From the NCBI GenBank assembly GCA_963807645.1, contig CAWECO010000005.1, positions 23,510 through 87,509 on the forward strand: DNA of 64,000 nt. The letters are read 5' to 3'. This stretch comes from an uncultured Gemmatimonadales bacterium (GTDB lineage Bacteria > Gemmatimonadota > Gemmatimonadetes > Palauibacterales > Palauibacteraceae). Of the stretch, positions 63,374 to 64,000 are shown piece by piece. How positions within the stretch are numbered: the first letter of the stretch is position 1; each line of letters starts with the position of its first letter. The position numbers and the translations under genes were made by a program. Below the pieces are notes generated by a model. It saw nothing but the letters and a program-made list of their open reading frames with translations. It was not told where the DNA came from and made no database searches.

Positions 63374-63416
63374 TTGTCGACATGACAAAGTTTTGTCAAT
63401 GACACGAACTAGACAA
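63374..63416. promoter_or_regulatory. Second cluster of TTGTC/GACAA boxes between the litR-like and SRPBCC genes
   Basis: TTGTCGA 63374, TGACAAA 63383 (together TTGTC-N5-GACAA), TTGTCAA 63393, TAGACAA 63410. Confidence 0.4.
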
Positions 63417-63487
63417 CACTTGCCAAAGGCGGGCTACCTGCCCAGACTCGGCCCGCGGCATCCGTCCACGACAATCAGGGAATCGGC

Positions 63488-63964
63488 ATGAAACATTGGT
63501 TGCGAAGAGAGATGAAAGTGAGGCGACCCGTCGGAGAAGTCTTCCGCTACTTCGCCGATGCCTCGAACCTGGAGAAGATCACGCCCCCGGAGCTGCGATT
63601 CCGGATCCTCACGCCCCTCCCGATCGAGATGCGAGAAGGGACGCTGATCGACTACCGGCTGCGGATCTGGGGCCTGCCCATAGGCTGGCGCACCCTGATC
63701 TCGCGTTGGGATCCGCCGCACGGTTTCGTGGACGAGCAGTTGCGGGGCCCCTATCGGACGTGGGTACACACCCACCGATTTGTCCCGGATGAGAAGGACG
63801 ATACGGCGACCTGGATCTACGACGAAGTCGAATACCAGCTTCCGTTCGGCGCTGCCGGCCGATGGGCGCTCCCTCTGGTTCGGCGCCAGGTCGAGAGAAT
63901 CTTCGACCACAGGGCACAGGTGACGGCGGCCGCTTTCGAAACCGGCGGGACAAACGCCGCGTAA
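63488..63964 (+). CDS. SRPBCC (START/cyclase-dehydrase fold) family protein
   Basis: VRRPVGEVFRYFADASNLEKITPPELRFRI...GPYRTWVHTHRF is typical of SRPBCC ligand-binding proteins (from memory). Confidence 0.7.
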   Translation: MKHWLRREMKVRRPVGEVFRYFADASNLEKITPPELRFRILTPLPIEMREGTLIDYRLRIWGLPIGWRTLISRWDPPHGFVDEQLRGPYRTWVHTHRFVPDEKDDTATWIYDEVEYQLPFGAAGRWALPLVRRQVERIFDHRAQVTAAAFETGGTNAA

Positions 63965-64000
63965 GGTCGCGTCCGGAGTGCCCGAGCGGTCACGCAATCG

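Overview
High-GC bacterial chromosomal segment, about 65-70% by hand counts on sample lines. Gene content is diderm-type: lipoboxes, Sec/Tat-exported enzymes and an outer-membrane beta-barrel protein. A Gemmatimonadota-like organism is my guess only. I can support about 50 protein genes. I saw no rRNA, tRNA or CRISPR. Main blocks: (1) 63-9877 is a beta-glucan/laminarin-type utilisation cluster. It holds a tandem-repeat glycan-binding-like lipoprotein, a ~1075-aa glycoside-phosphorylase-like enzyme, a ~50% GC insert with an orphan membrane protein and a GPH sugar symporter, and a GH16 lipoprotein. (2) 10679-16020 is a tightly packed operon of MFS transporter, S58 DmpA-like peptidase, Na/solute symporter and beta-lactamase-fold hydrolase. 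(3) An SDR, glutamate dehydrogenase, and a DUF222-HNH selfish-type gene with twin palindromes. (4) A C1 peptidase, an ECF sigma/anti-sigma/double-PDZ operon, DUF3108, and a membrane Ser/Thr kinase chained to a signal-peptide flavodoxin and an esterase. (5) A Tat-exported FMN alpha-hydroxyacid oxidase, a large membrane protein, a TLC/Npt-like transporter, a Tat aldo-keto reductase and a sulfatase. (6) A signal-peptide KatG. (7) An operon of GntR regulator, glycyl-radical activase, glycyl radical enzyme and D-aminoacylase-family hydrolase; this is the most interesting candidate for an undescribed system. (8) A YwiC/SSS pair, a C-type-lectin lipoprotein, a TPR protein, an OMP, an S46 dipeptidyl peptidase, an IorAB-like Mo oxidoreductase, two SDRs and a fasciclin protein. 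(9) A light-response module: class II photolyase, B12-dependent CarH/LitR regulator and an SRPBCC protein, with shared TTGTCTA/TAGACAA boxes. One feature dominates the window: I traced at least ~38 reading-frame breaks, all left of 46 kb and strongly clustered. Uncorrected indels explain them most simply, but the sequence alone cannot prove this. All family assignments come from motifs read by eye and from memory; no searches were run.
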